Of a DNA stretch of 42,461 nt, positions 33,620-42,461 are shown piece by piece. Source of the stretch: a virus. The stretch lies in the UHGV virus genome UHGV-0245459. One strand, written 5' to 3'. The notes beneath the pieces were generated by a model. That model saw only the letters and a program-made list of their open reading frames with translations, had not been told where the DNA came from and did not search any database. The position numbers and the translations under genes were made by a program. The first letter of the stretch is position 1; every line of letters begins with the position of its first letter.

Positions 33620-34839
33620 TCTGTCACCGTAACTGTTAATTCACCGTTCGTATTGATTGAGAAATCTGCTGAAGTGTCCAGGCCGACGTAATCAAGTTTT
33701 AAATCTGCTCCGTCAATGCGGAATTGGCCGAACGCCGTGGCCCACGGGCTACTGCCCATTGGTCCTTGGGGCCCCGCACTTCCGACCGGTCCCGGACTGC
33801 CTTGCAAGCCCCTTTCACCCCTATCGCCTTTCGGGCCGCGAATATTTACGGGGGCTGGGTTTGTAAGGCCCTTGTTGTTCGTCCAGGAAATTTCACCTTC
33901 CGTGCTAACTGCCGGCGTAAACGTTGCGCCGCTACTGCCTTGAGGCCCGATACTGCCTGAATCACCTTTCAAACCCTGGGGGCCGCGGATGGTCGTAATA
34001 ATTCCGGACAACTCGCATGTGCTGGAACCAACATTCAAAACTCGAAAGATTTGTCCGTCAGAGTTCATCACGTGGTCGCCAACCTTGATAAGAGTGGCGG
34101 GCACGATTGCGGAGGTGTTGACCGTGCCGCCTGCTGTAGCGGTCGCACAATAGCGATAAGAAAATGCCGCCTGTTTTGCAATCTCTGCTGCTTCCGTTGC
34201 TGTAGCAGCCGCGGCCTCAGAATCGAGTTTGAATTGAGCGGCGGCGGTTGCTGAATTGCTTGCTGTCTTTGCGGCGTTCTCTGCGATATCAGTGGAAGCG
34301 TCGAGGTTTTCCTGAGCTGATGTGGCAATGTCTGCAGCGGCTTGTGCCTTCTCTGCAGCGGCCTGAGCTTGTGCGGCGTACTCTCCAGACTTGGTAGAGT
34401 TTTCTAAGAGGATTTCACCGTACTCTTCACCTTCCATGCCTGAAGATGCGGGAGCGACTGCTGCGCGGGAGAGTTTCTCTTTTAACTGCTGGATCTGCGC
34501 TTCGGTGCGGTCAAAATTTACATTGATGTCATTCGGGTTGAAGTCGCCTTCCGCGTGTAAATCAAGCTCCTGTGTGTAGGCTACATTAGAGAGAATCGTG
34601 ACCGATTCCCCGTCCGTGAGAAACTCGTCAAGAGTAATGTAGCCGCCGATATTCGCGGTCTGGTCCTCGTCCCAGGTTACGGTGTAGTCCTCACCTTCCT
34701 TGAGAGTTTTGTCCACGCCCGCCTTACTCGTTCTAATAACGAGCACATTGGAGGACGCAAAAATCTTGAAGTCGAAGTCAACTCGACTGATCCCCAGGCC
34801 TGTGACTGGCCCTACCCTTCGCGGTACATCTGGCAGCAT
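33616..34839 (-). CDS. Tail fibre protein 1 (virion-attachment N-domain, Ala-rich shaft, collagen)
   Basis: FDFKIF...DYTV...FDR..AQIQQL (T7 gp17-like N-terminus), Ala-rich coil, Gly-X-Y repeats. Confidence 0.8.
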   Translation of the reverse strand: MLPDVPRRVGPVTGLGISRVDFDFKIFASSNVLVIRTSKAGVDKTLKEGEDYTVTWDEDQTANIGGYITLDEFLTDGESVTILSNVAYTQELDLHAEGDFNPNDINVNFDRTEAQIQQLKEKLSRAAVAPASSGMEGEEYGEILLENSTKSGEYAAQAQAAAEKAQAAADIATSAQENLDASTDIAENAAKTASNSATAAAQFKLDSEAAAATATEAAEIAKQAAFSYRYCATATAGGTVNTSAIVPATLIKVGDHVMNSDGQIFRVLNVGSSTCELSGIITTIRGPQGLKGDSGSIGPQGSSGATFTPAVSTEGEISWTNNKGLTNPAPVNIRGPKGDRGERGLQGSPGPVGSAGPQGPMGSSPWATAFGQFRIDGADLKLDYVGLDTSADFSINTNGELTVTVTE

Positions 34840-34863
34840 GAAAACACCTCATTGTTTAGAGAC

Positions 34864-34895
34864 ATTCTCATGTCTGCCAGACTGTTGATGCGCAC
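34864..34895 (-). promoter_or_regulatory. Putative late promoter, copy 6 (tail fibre operon)
   Basis: GTGCGCAT (34895-34888), 18 nt, GAGAAT (34869-34864). Confidence 0.65.
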
Positions 34896-34903
34896 ACCTA
34901 AAC

Positions 34904-37501
34904 TTACTTGAATAAACCGAAAGGATGCGGCCAAGGATCGGGATGTTTGGCCACTCGAGGAGCGCGGCGGATTCCTCTTTCGTTTCTCCAGAATCCTTGC
35001 CCCGTTCTCTTGCGCGTGTTCTTCTCCATGCGTTTTCTGTAACCAGGGCTTAAAAACTCGCTCAATTGATTGAGCACCGTATGATCCAGAACGGCCTTAA
35101 CGTACCAAATATTAATAAATGGCAAATTACTCTTTGCTAATCGCCAGGCTTTTGCTCCCCCATCTCCACCGATTTTGGTTGCATCCCAAGCCTCACTGGC
35201 AGAAAGAATTGTCCCAATTACAGGCCCCATGAAGTTGATGTAAGCGGAATGACCATACTTTGAATCATCCGTGGCATTAACCAACAAGTCACCGATAATA
35301 CCTGCACCGCCGCCTACAGTGAATGCAGAGATCCAGGTATCAATAGCCGCGGGATCCTCTAAGTCCTTGCCAGCAATAAGGGTCTTGATCTGATTTACGC
35401 AGTAGCCCATGAGGGTGGTACCAATTATCAGCGCTGCTAAGTATTCGGTTTGAGCCGTCATGACCTGGCGCTTCGTTCCTCCCTGTTCTCGGATAAAGCG
35501 CCCTTTGTCTCTAAGTCTGTCAATGTGTGCACTGACCATTCCTAGAGGGAAAGACTTAAACATCATGAAGGATTTGATAATTTCTCCTGTAGGGGATCCT
35601 CTCTGATGACCTCGATTTGTTGCAGTTCTGGTTGCTAAGTCAGGCTGTAACGAGGCAATTTGAGCTTCATTGGTGAGCACTGACATGAGTTTGCCTGCCG
35701 CGATTTCAGCATCATTTCTCGTGGCTCCGATTTTTGCCAGATCTGCATCAGAGATTTCTTCAATAGCTCCGCGTGTGAGCATTTCACAACCGCGGTATTG
35801 GTCGGTTTTAGCAAGTTGAAAAAGTTTGTAGTCCTTTTCTGTCACACCATACTTTTCAAGAATAAATCTGTCCCATGCATCCAGTTTTCCCCAGTCGCTA
35901 TTGCGCGTCATCTTTCCGATAGCGCCCATCATGTTCATCGCATAAGCTCGCCTAATTCCGTTTGTCCACTGTGTGAGCAGTGACATGTACATGGTGGCAT
36001 TGGCAAGTTTCCCTGACCAGCGATAACCGAGGCTTTCGGATGTCCAACGGCATAAATTGTTTGCTAAGGAATCTCCAATAATGCCCGCTCTGATAGCAAA
36101 CTCTCTATCCGCCTTCCCCCAGGTTGTGAGAAGGTTCCTAAAGGCCGTTCCCCATGGCAATTTGGTGTAACCCGTTGCATGGAAGTAAGAAGGAATATCT
36201 GTTAGGGAAGAGATAAATGTTTGACCAAGTTTTCCCCAAACCTGCATGTTCCTCAAAGTTTGAGATACCTCTGCAATATTCTTGTGGGTTGGCATGACGG
36301 TAGAAGTCTCTCCGTTCAAATTAGCCCACATATCTTTGACTGAGACAAAACCAGGACCGTATATATCTTTATGGCCCCACGTGCTCTTTGTTTGTGCAAG
36401 GTGCTGTGACGCTTCCGCTTTTGCCTCGTTGTATAAGGTATAAAAAGCGGAATTAGGAGAGGGTCCCATCTGTTCAAGAAGGGCTGTGTCGCTCGCCATT
36501 GACCTGACATGATCCATCATCGTTCCCACAATGGATGGGTTTCTCGCAAACATTTCGTGGTATTGGAAGAAAGATTCAGCGTCTTTGAAAAAGATTGCAC
36601 GGTGCTGAGAGTTTCTATCCGCGAAGCGTCCGCTCTTGCTACCGGCCACGCGTGATCCGCCTGTGGAAGTTTTACCTTTCGTTATGTTGTCAAACATAGA
36701 TCCGAGCACGTCTTTTATCTCTGCGTCATTCAATGGAAGTCCTTCTTCGTCAACGTATCTGGATCTGTCTATCCGATCAAATAAAAAATCCACCCAGGCT
36801 GTTTTGCTGTCTCCCTTGTATTTCCCATCGTATTTTCCCTTCAGGAGATCGTCGGCATTTATTAGTTTGTACATGTCATGGGATTGGGGAAGGTGCCATT
36901 CATCTCCGAGGTCACCAGTATCACCGCCGGCGTTGTTAAAACGTTCTCTGAATCCGTTTGTTTTTTCTCTCCATACTTTGACAGCCGCCTTTGCCGCCTC
37001 GTTCCCAGAATCTTCTCCAAAAAGCTCTTTAACAAAATCAAGTGCGGTTTTTCTATCCTCCATAAGCCCAAACCATTTGCTCTGTATGGAGCTGATAGCG
37101 TCAACGATCTGGCCTTGGTACTGCTCCTGGAGGCCAATCATGTATCTATTCACATCCTCCAACACTCGGCCGACAGACTTAAACGCCTTCTCACCACTCT
37201 TGGCATACTTCTCCCTGTCATTTTCCAGTGCGGCCTGAGCAACAATTTGTTGTTGCGCTCTCATGCGTCTTTTTGCCGCCTTGTGCAAATAGTTCTGAGC
37301 AAGCCTCTCCGCAGCCTTTTGCGCTATCTGGTCACGTGTCCAGCCAGCGGCCTGAGCCTCTTTTGTTCCTGCGACATATCTAAATTCACGGCGCATATCA
37401 GCAAGCCAGCGTTTGGATTCCTCTTCTCCAAATTCTCTTCCCAAGATGCGGCTAATCGTTGCTCTACATTCCGGTTTCATCGGGTCTAATGTTCTTGCCA
37501 T
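34904..37501 (-). CDS. Large internal virion (ejection) protein
   Basis: 865 aa, helical; WHLPQSHD, MMFKSFP, GGGAGIIGD, LPFINIWY motifs; last of the ejection cluster. Confidence 0.7.
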   Translation of the reverse strand: MARTLDPMKPECRATISRILGREFGEEESKRWLADMRREFRYVAGTKEAQAAGWTRDQIAQKAAERLAQNYLHKAAKRRMRAQQQIVAQAALENDREKYAKSGEKAFKSVGRVLEDVNRYMIGLQEQYQGQIVDAISSIQSKWFGLMEDRKTALDFVKELFGEDSGNEAAKAAVKVWREKTNGFRERFNNAGGDTGDLGDEWHLPQSHDMYKLINADDLLKGKYDGKYKGDSKTAWVDFLFDRIDRSRYVDEEGLPLNDAEIKDVLGSMFDNITKGKTSTGGSRVAGSKSGRFADRNSQHRAIFFKDAESFFQYHEMFARNPSIVGTMMDHVRSMASDTALLEQMGPSPNSAFYTLYNEAKAEASQHLAQTKSTWGHKDIYGPGFVSVKDMWANLNGETSTVMPTHKNIAEVSQTLRNMQVWGKLGQTFISSLTDIPSYFHATGYTKLPWGTAFRNLLTTWGKADREFAIRAGIIGDSLANNLCRWTSESLGYRWSGKLANATMYMSLLTQWTNGIRRAYAMNMMGAIGKMTRNSDWGKLDAWDRFILEKYGVTEKDYKLFQLAKTDQYRGCEMLTRGAIEEISDADLAKIGATRNDAEIAAGKLMSVLTNEAQIASLQPDLATRTATNRGHQRGSPTGEIIKSFMMFKSFPLGMVSAHIDRLRDKGRFIREQGGTKRQVMTAQTEYLAALIIGTTLMGYCVNQIKTLIAGKDLEDPAAIDTWISAFTVGGGAGIIGDLLVNATDDSKYGHSAYINFMGPVIGTILSASEAWDATKIGGDGGAKAWRLAKSNLPFINIWYVKAVLDHTVLNQLSEFLSPGYRKRMEKNTRKRTGQGFWRNERGIRRAPRVAKHPDPWPHPFGLFK

Positions 37502-37503
37502 GA

Positions 37504-40500
37504 TTAATTTATTCCCTTATTTTTAACAACACACATCATTGCTTCGCCTTGTGCTTTACCGTCGTTTTCGATTTGTTTGGCTTCCCTGTCAGCTTCATCT
37601 AAAAGGTCAGCCGCGGACATTTCACGAGTTCCACCGTTTTCATCCTCAATCGTGATTTTCATGTCAGGATGGTCTCGAAGGGCCGTTTCATACTGAGCCT
37701 CCAAACTAAATTCACGTCCGACTTCAGGCTGAGGTGAAAGCGTTGGTTCAATCCTTTCCCCAGTTAGGTCGGCCACGACCCGTTTGATCGGTTCCCTTAC
37801 TTCCTCTGGAAGAGCGTTCACAACTTGATTCACGACATTTTGCTGTGTCTGCACTGCATCATTTGTTCCCTGGGTTGCGTCCCTAACCTCTTGACTTTGC
37901 TCAATTCCATCTGTTAAATTGGTTTTGACACTAGTGTCAGTCTTCGGACCGTGCGTAGTGATTACTCCATCATTTGATGGACCAGACGGTCGAGAGCTAA
38001 ATATTGAAAGGCGCGCATTTGTATCCGTACTTGGGCCTTCAACCTCAGGTGCGGGATTCCGAAGACGGGAGAGGGGAGCGCCTTTGGCGCGCCCCGTTTC
38101 TCTTTTAGCGGGATCCTGTACAAAAAAGGACAAAAGGGTTTTCCCCGTTGGGTCGCCTTCCATCGGTTTATCCACCAGCACCAATTCTCTTCCGTTGTGC
38201 ATAACTCTCCAGGTTCTGGAGGTTTCCTTCTCATGGCTTCTTGGGATGGGCTCGTAACCTCTCACGATTCGAGGAATTTGGCGCAAGTCATCATCTGTCA
38301 CTCTGAGTTCAGGTTTTTCTTCACCCTTATCATGTTTAAGCCAAACCTTCACCAATCCGAATGGCGTGCTCATTTCCGCCGCTTGAGCCTCTTTTTTATT
38401 GGTTCTTGCAAACCATCCTCTCCTAATCGTCATCCCCTGAACATCTTCGGGCTCGATCTTTGCCAGGATTTCTAAAGGATCGCCTTCCGCCTCCTTCTGG
38501 ACCTTGTGCATCGCCTCAATAATTCTTGCCTTTTCTTGTTCTACTCTGGCCTGATCCACTGCGTTTTCATTTACGGATACGCGCTCACCATCATCTATCT
38601 GAGCCTGAGCACGGTATTCGTTTTCAATGGATTGGTTCATGTCGCCAGCTTTTTCGCTAACGAGCTGATCCTTGTTGATAGTGTCGGCAACTTGTTTGGT
38701 GCGGGCGGCGTCAACTACTGCTTCATTTGGAGTTGGATAGCGGTTGGCAATGCGGCCTTGTAAATCTTTAAGAGCATCCTCCCTAGTCAGTGGACCACCA
38801 AGAAGGTCAAAAGAGCCCTGATCCGCGTTTCCAGATTCCCGCAGACTATCGAGGTGTTCTCCCAACACGTCCACTACATGCCGATTTGTCCGAGAATCTT
38901 TTGCGAAAAGTTCAACGATTGCATCAGCATAGGGATCTTCATCAAACTCTTTCTGTGCGGCAATGTCCTTGAGTTTGAATCCTTTCTTGTAGCCTTCCAA
39001 AATCTTTGAAGCGGCTCGGATAATAGAAGGAGTGATATCCAGCTTATTGCCTTCCAACTGCGCCACTTTCGGCGCCAATTCCATGAGCGTCTTTAAAACT
39101 AAACGTGCCTCAGGCTTATCCACCTCGGTGACCAGGTTAATAAGCGTGTCGTTCTTATAGGCTTTGGCAAAGATAGCTGCTTCAGCTCTATCCCTAGCCG
39201 TCTTATTCGCTTTTCCTGACTTACTGTCAATGAGCTCAGCCTGCTCTTCCGCTGGGAGCATTTTGATGAAATTGACAACCGTCTGATCTGTGATGCGGCC
39301 GTCTTCATCGAACTCCAGCTTTTCAAGGTCGATTCTCTCTGCGTCGTTCTTCGCACGCTCCCTCAAGGACATTCTGGATACACCGCTTGTGTTGGTCTTA
39401 TCCGCTAAGTCCTTCGTCACATCTTTAGGATCAAGAACTCGAACAAGAATAGGCTTCTCCATGCGTGCGATTTCATCGCCATAGATACCTGTTCTTCTTT
39501 GGTCTGCTGCTAGGTCAGCTTTGTATTTGTCGGCAGTCCCCTGAGCGTAAGCATCTTGCAATCCGGCAATACGGCCATTCCCTGCGATAGCTCTAGGCCC
39601 TTGAATATTAGGGTCTGTATAGGCTGGGTTCTTATGTCCTGTAATATCGTTGGAAACTAAAACAGAATCTGCCTCAACGACTGCGTAATAAACATCATAG
39701 GATTTGTCCCCTGAGGCGGCTGTGTCCGTGTGACCACGCCTAATTGCAGGAATATCTCCAGCGTATGTGATGACAGGTGCACCTTCTGCCAATAAAGGAG
39801 AAGTTCTTAGAAGTGAGTAGCGCGGGTTTGCGGATATGGCCTTCATCTGCCGAACTGAGGCATTAGTGCTTCTGTCACGGTTCTGCAATGATTCAAGCGT
39901 TTCCGTGTTCAGCTCGATAGGGTCGGTCTTTTCTTCTGCTTTTTTGGCGGGCTTAAATTTAATCGTTCTGTTTTTATTGAAAAGGATCAAGCCCATAATG
40001 CCGCCGATACCCGCTGAGGCAGTCAATCCAGCGACATCAAAAGGATCGTATTCTTTGGCAATGTCCGAATAATTGGCATTCTGCAGAATGTAATTAATGA
40101 TTCCTTTTTCTCCAGAATCCATTACAGCATTAGCACCTGCGCCCCATGCAGCAGATGTCAATCGGGAGGGATTGAACTTTCCAGCAGGAGCCGCGCCAGG
40201 CAGTAATAATCCTCCAGCTGTCATCACACCTGAGGTGATACCGGCCTTAGTCGCAACTTCTGGCTTTACGCCTTTATCTCTGAGATTCCCTGCTTCGTTG
40301 ACACCATAATCAACACCAGTAAGGATTGCGCCGCCAATCGGGTTAAGGCCAGAAATAACTGAATATCCGAGTTGCTTCAAACCCATTACACCAAACCCGT
40401 AAAGGATTTGACCCGCCATTCCCGTTGTTTCGGGTTTGGGCGTGTAGTCCTCCCTAACCACACTTCTGCGCTCTTTTGCTTTCGTTTCAAACTTCTGCGC

Positions 40501-40803
40501 GGCCTGCTCTTTAAGGTCCTGTGCCTTCATGATGTCATCGCTGGTGAGCGCGTCTTCAAGAGTGAACCCGCTTTCATCTTCGTTCGGTTCACTGCGCATG
40601 AACGAGCCCAAAAGATCCAGGCCAGCAGCTAAGGTTGAGTTTCCTGCGGCTGGGAGAATGTCCAAGGCGGCCTCTCCCATACCGCTAAAAAATCCTGCTT
40701 CTTTCTTCTGCTCGGGGATCTGAGTTCCGTCCAGGCCGAGCTGGTATCGGGATGTGCCGTATCCAATATTGTTAAAACTGTAAAGGCTCGACATGATTCT
40801 CAC
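37504..40803 (-). CDS. Large internal virion polyvalent protein with ParB-like (DdrB-type) and putative RNase-like domains
   Basis: 1099 aa (start may be ATG 40794); Gly/Ala hydrophobic N-region; YAVVEA...NPAY...AGNGR; GLVKVWLKH...LRQIPRIV. Confidence 0.65.
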   Translation of the reverse strand: MRIMSSLYSFNNIGYGTSRYQLGLDGTQIPEQKKEAGFFSGMGEAALDILPAAGNSTLAAGLDLLGSFMRSEPNEDESGFTLEDALTSDDIMKAQDLKEQAAQKFETKAKERRSVVREDYTPKPETTGMAGQILYGFGVMGLKQLGYSVISGLNPIGGAILTGVDYGVNEAGNLRDKGVKPEVATKAGITSGVMTAGGLLLPGAAPAGKFNPSRLTSAAWGAGANAVMDSGEKGIINYILQNANYSDIAKEYDPFDVAGLTASAGIGGIMGLILFNKNRTIKFKPAKKAEEKTDPIELNTETLESLQNRDRSTNASVRQMKAISANPRYSLLRTSPLLAEGAPVITYAGDIPAIRRGHTDTAASGDKSYDVYYAVVEADSVLVSNDITGHKNPAYTDPNIQGPRAIAGNGRIAGLQDAYAQGTADKYKADLAADQRRTGIYGDEIARMEKPILVRVLDPKDVTKDLADKTNTSGVSRMSLRERAKNDAERIDLEKLEFDEDGRITDQTVVNFIKMLPAEEQAELIDSKSGKANKTARDRAEAAIFAKAYKNDTLINLVTEVDKPEARLVLKTLMELAPKVAQLEGNKLDITPSIIRAASKILEGYKKGFKLKDIAAQKEFDEDPYADAIVELFAKDSRTNRHVVDVLGEHLDSLRESGNADQGSFDLLGGPLTREDALKDLQGRIANRYPTPNEAVVDAARTKQVADTINKDQLVSEKAGDMNQSIENEYRAQAQIDDGERVSVNENAVDQARVEQEKARIIEAMHKVQKEAEGDPLEILAKIEPEDVQGMTIRRGWFARTNKKEAQAAEMSTPFGLVKVWLKHDKGEEKPELRVTDDDLRQIPRIVRGYEPIPRSHEKETSRTWRVMHNGRELVLVDKPMEGDPTGKTLLSFFVQDPAKRETGRAKGAPLSRLRNPAPEVEGPSTDTNARLSIFSSRPSGPSNDGVITTHGPKTDTSVKTNLTDGIEQSQEVRDATQGTNDAVQTQQNVVNQVVNALPEEVREPIKRVVADLTGERIEPTLSPQPEVGREFSLEAQYETALRDHPDMKITIEDENGGTREMSAADLLDEADREAKQIENDGKAQGEAMMCVVKNKGIN

Positions 40804-42461
40804 TCGTAATCGTAATCTTGGTCATTCTCTAAATTCGAGGTCTTAAGGGCCGCGTCCAGAATCACGTCAAGATCCTTGTTGGCGGCGTCAATGGCTTTGC
40901 CAAAGTCCAGAACGACAGGTGCTTGATTGGCGGAATAACGGACATAATCTGTACCGTCTCTAATGAGATACTTCCCATCGTCCACGCATTCAAGCTGGGC
41001 CTTCGGCAAGATTTCCGTGAGCTCTCCAAGCGTGGTCTTCCCGCCTCTAAACTGCACACTGGTTTTGTCGTTTGCGTTTTGTCTTGAGAAGACGGCCACA
41101 AGAGTTCTCATGGACGCATTCGTATTTCGAGGCATGAAGACCCTAGCTCCGTTAAATTCCTCGTTTCTTCCGTAAACGTCCTCAACAATTTCTTCAATGG
41201 ATTTCCTATCGCTGTCCATTGTTTGTCTGTTGGCGTAAATACCTCGGATCAATTCAACGGCCTGGCGGCCTGCTTCAGGCTGGCCAAACAAGCCTCTAAT
41301 CTCTTTGCCAATCTCTTCATTAACTGCTGACTTGCTCGTATCTGGATCAGCCTCTTTATTGGTCAAGAAGGCGTTCCCTGCCAAGTACTCTTTCACATAG
41401 CCTTTATTGACTGCATTAGCGCTCGTGGCTAGGGCCAGGGCCGAGCTCAGTTTTGTTGGCCGTCCGTCTTTGGTGAATTGGTTAATCAGAGTTCTTGAGG
41501 CCGCTGCTCCTCCCTGTTCCTCGACAAGTCCAGAAATTGCCGAGACAATCGGAGCGGCCTGATCCGCATTCATCTTTTCCAATGTGTCATTTAATCTCGC
41601 AGCCTCCTCATTTGTGAACAACTTCATAGACTGCGGAGCAATAGCGAAACTTTGACCGATAGATTCAAACTGAGATACACGATTAGAAACCTCATTTAGC
41701 GTCTTGGCCAATGGCTGATTAAAGTCTTCTATGGTCGTCAATCCATGGGCCGGGACATGATTGATTGCAAAAGACATCGGATCACTGTCTCGCTTTTTAA
41801 GGACTGTCTGAGCCGCTTTATCCCATGTTGCCTTCTGCTCTATTCTGTTCGCGTACTCCGGATCATCCTTCTGAGGCATTAGCGACTTGCTGATGGAAGT
41901 AATCTCAGCTAGGGACATGCCAGGCATTTGATACATGTACGAATTTAGCTGAGCCTGCTTTGCAGCTTCCTGATGCATGCGTACTCCGTCATCCTGGCCA
42001 TAAACACCAATGAAGTCAGAAATATCCGGAAGGGTGCTGATGTCTCCTTGGGTCAGCGCAAGAGAAAGAGCGTTGTCCACATTCTTTTTCAGCTCGATTC
42101 TCTGTTGTTTGAGGTCTTGACCCATAGCTTGTTTGGCGTGCTGCATAATCCAGATTTTTTCCGGATCGTTCAGGGCGTCAAAGACTTCAATCCCTGTTTT
42201 CACCTTCGGGTTAAAAGCAAGGTCTGCTGCCGTCAGTCTTGGCGCCTGATCTGTACCTTCGCTCAAGAGTTTGCCGTTATCATCGCGGCGCTCACCGTTC
42301 GGACCAATAAAGATGTTTTGGCCGTTCTCGACTACCCAGCGTCCGCCAATATTTCTCTTCCCGTCGGCATATTGGCTTTCCTCGGAGAATGTGTGGTGGT
42401 TCGGCTTCTTGAATGTGTCTGGGAAGTGGCCGTTCTCAGCCTGAGCTGCTCCTGCTTTCCA
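40800..42461 (-). CDS. C-terminal part of the internal virion protein that begins at 1479
   Basis: Frame is open from 42461 through the track ORF 40800..42266. Confidence 0.8.
   Translation of the reverse strand, partial: WKAGAAQAENGHFPDTFKKPNHHTFSEESQYADGKRNIGGRWVVENGQNIFIGPNGERRDDNGKLLSEGTDQAPRLTAADLAFNPKVKTGIEVFDALNDPEKIWIMQHAKQAMGQDLKQQRIELKKNVDNALSLALTQGDISTLPDISDFIGVYGQDDGVRMHQEAAKQAQLNSYMYQMPGMSLAEITSISKSLMPQKDDPEYANRIEQKATWDKAAQTVLKKRDSDPMSFAINHVPAHGLTTIEDFNQPLAKTLNEVSNRVSQFESIGQSFAIAPQSMKLFTNEEAARLNDTLEKMNADQAAPIVSAISGLVEEQGGAAASRTLINQFTKDGRPTKLSSALALATSANAVNKGYVKEYLAGNAFLTNKEADPDTSKSAVNEEIGKEIRGLFGQPEAGRQAVELIRGIYANRQTMDSDRKSIEEIVEDVYGRNEEFNGARVFMPRNTNASMRTLVAVFSRQNANDKTSVQFRGGKTTLGELTEILPKAQLECVDDGKYLIRDGTDYVRYSANQAPVVLDFGKAIDAANKDLDVILDAALKTSNLENDQDYDYE

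Noticed and set aside
29714..34839. Diversity-generating retroelement as in BPP-1
   Set aside because: No ORF with recognisable RT motifs and no near-identical TR/VR pair differing at adenines; the similar 5' ends of genes 3 and 5 differ mainly at synonymous sites.
36636..37489. Two ~200-aa plus-strand ORFs
   Set aside because: Antisense shadows of the 865-aa virion gene; Ser/Phe/Leu-rich, no motifs.

Overview
The window looks like the complete, circularly permuted genome of a 42.5-kb temperate podovirus of the BPP-1/epsilon15 architecture; the host is probably a betaproteobacterium (inference only). The ORF leaving position 1 on the minus strand continues in frame at 42461. An intact attP (3' end of tRNA-Pro, arm repeats, IHF site) lies beside the integrase. 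The modules are: packaging, head and tail (1-12752 and 32109-42461, minus); replication and late control (12809-16145, minus); a lambdoid immunity switch with a cI-coupled Mrr-like nuclease (16145-18260); an early operon with YqaJ/RecT, morons and xis (18674-25849, plus); int/attP; and lysis (27633-29623). The most unusual feature is at 29714-32116, directly behind the tail-fibre genes. No reverse transcriptase or DGR is recognisable. Instead there are six paralogous ~120-130-aa putative receptor-binding genes controlled by three poly-G tracts. At two tracts the three reading frames give three outcomes: stop at once, stop on the next gene's ATG, or read through the whole next gene in a stop-free alternative frame and stop on the ATG of the gene after it. 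Start sites are buried in hairpins, so tract length could route ribosomes by translational coupling and choose which module is made. A six-copy late-promoter motif (GTGCGCAT-N18-nAnnnT) is also evident. All protein calls come from motif recognition and synteny, not database searches.
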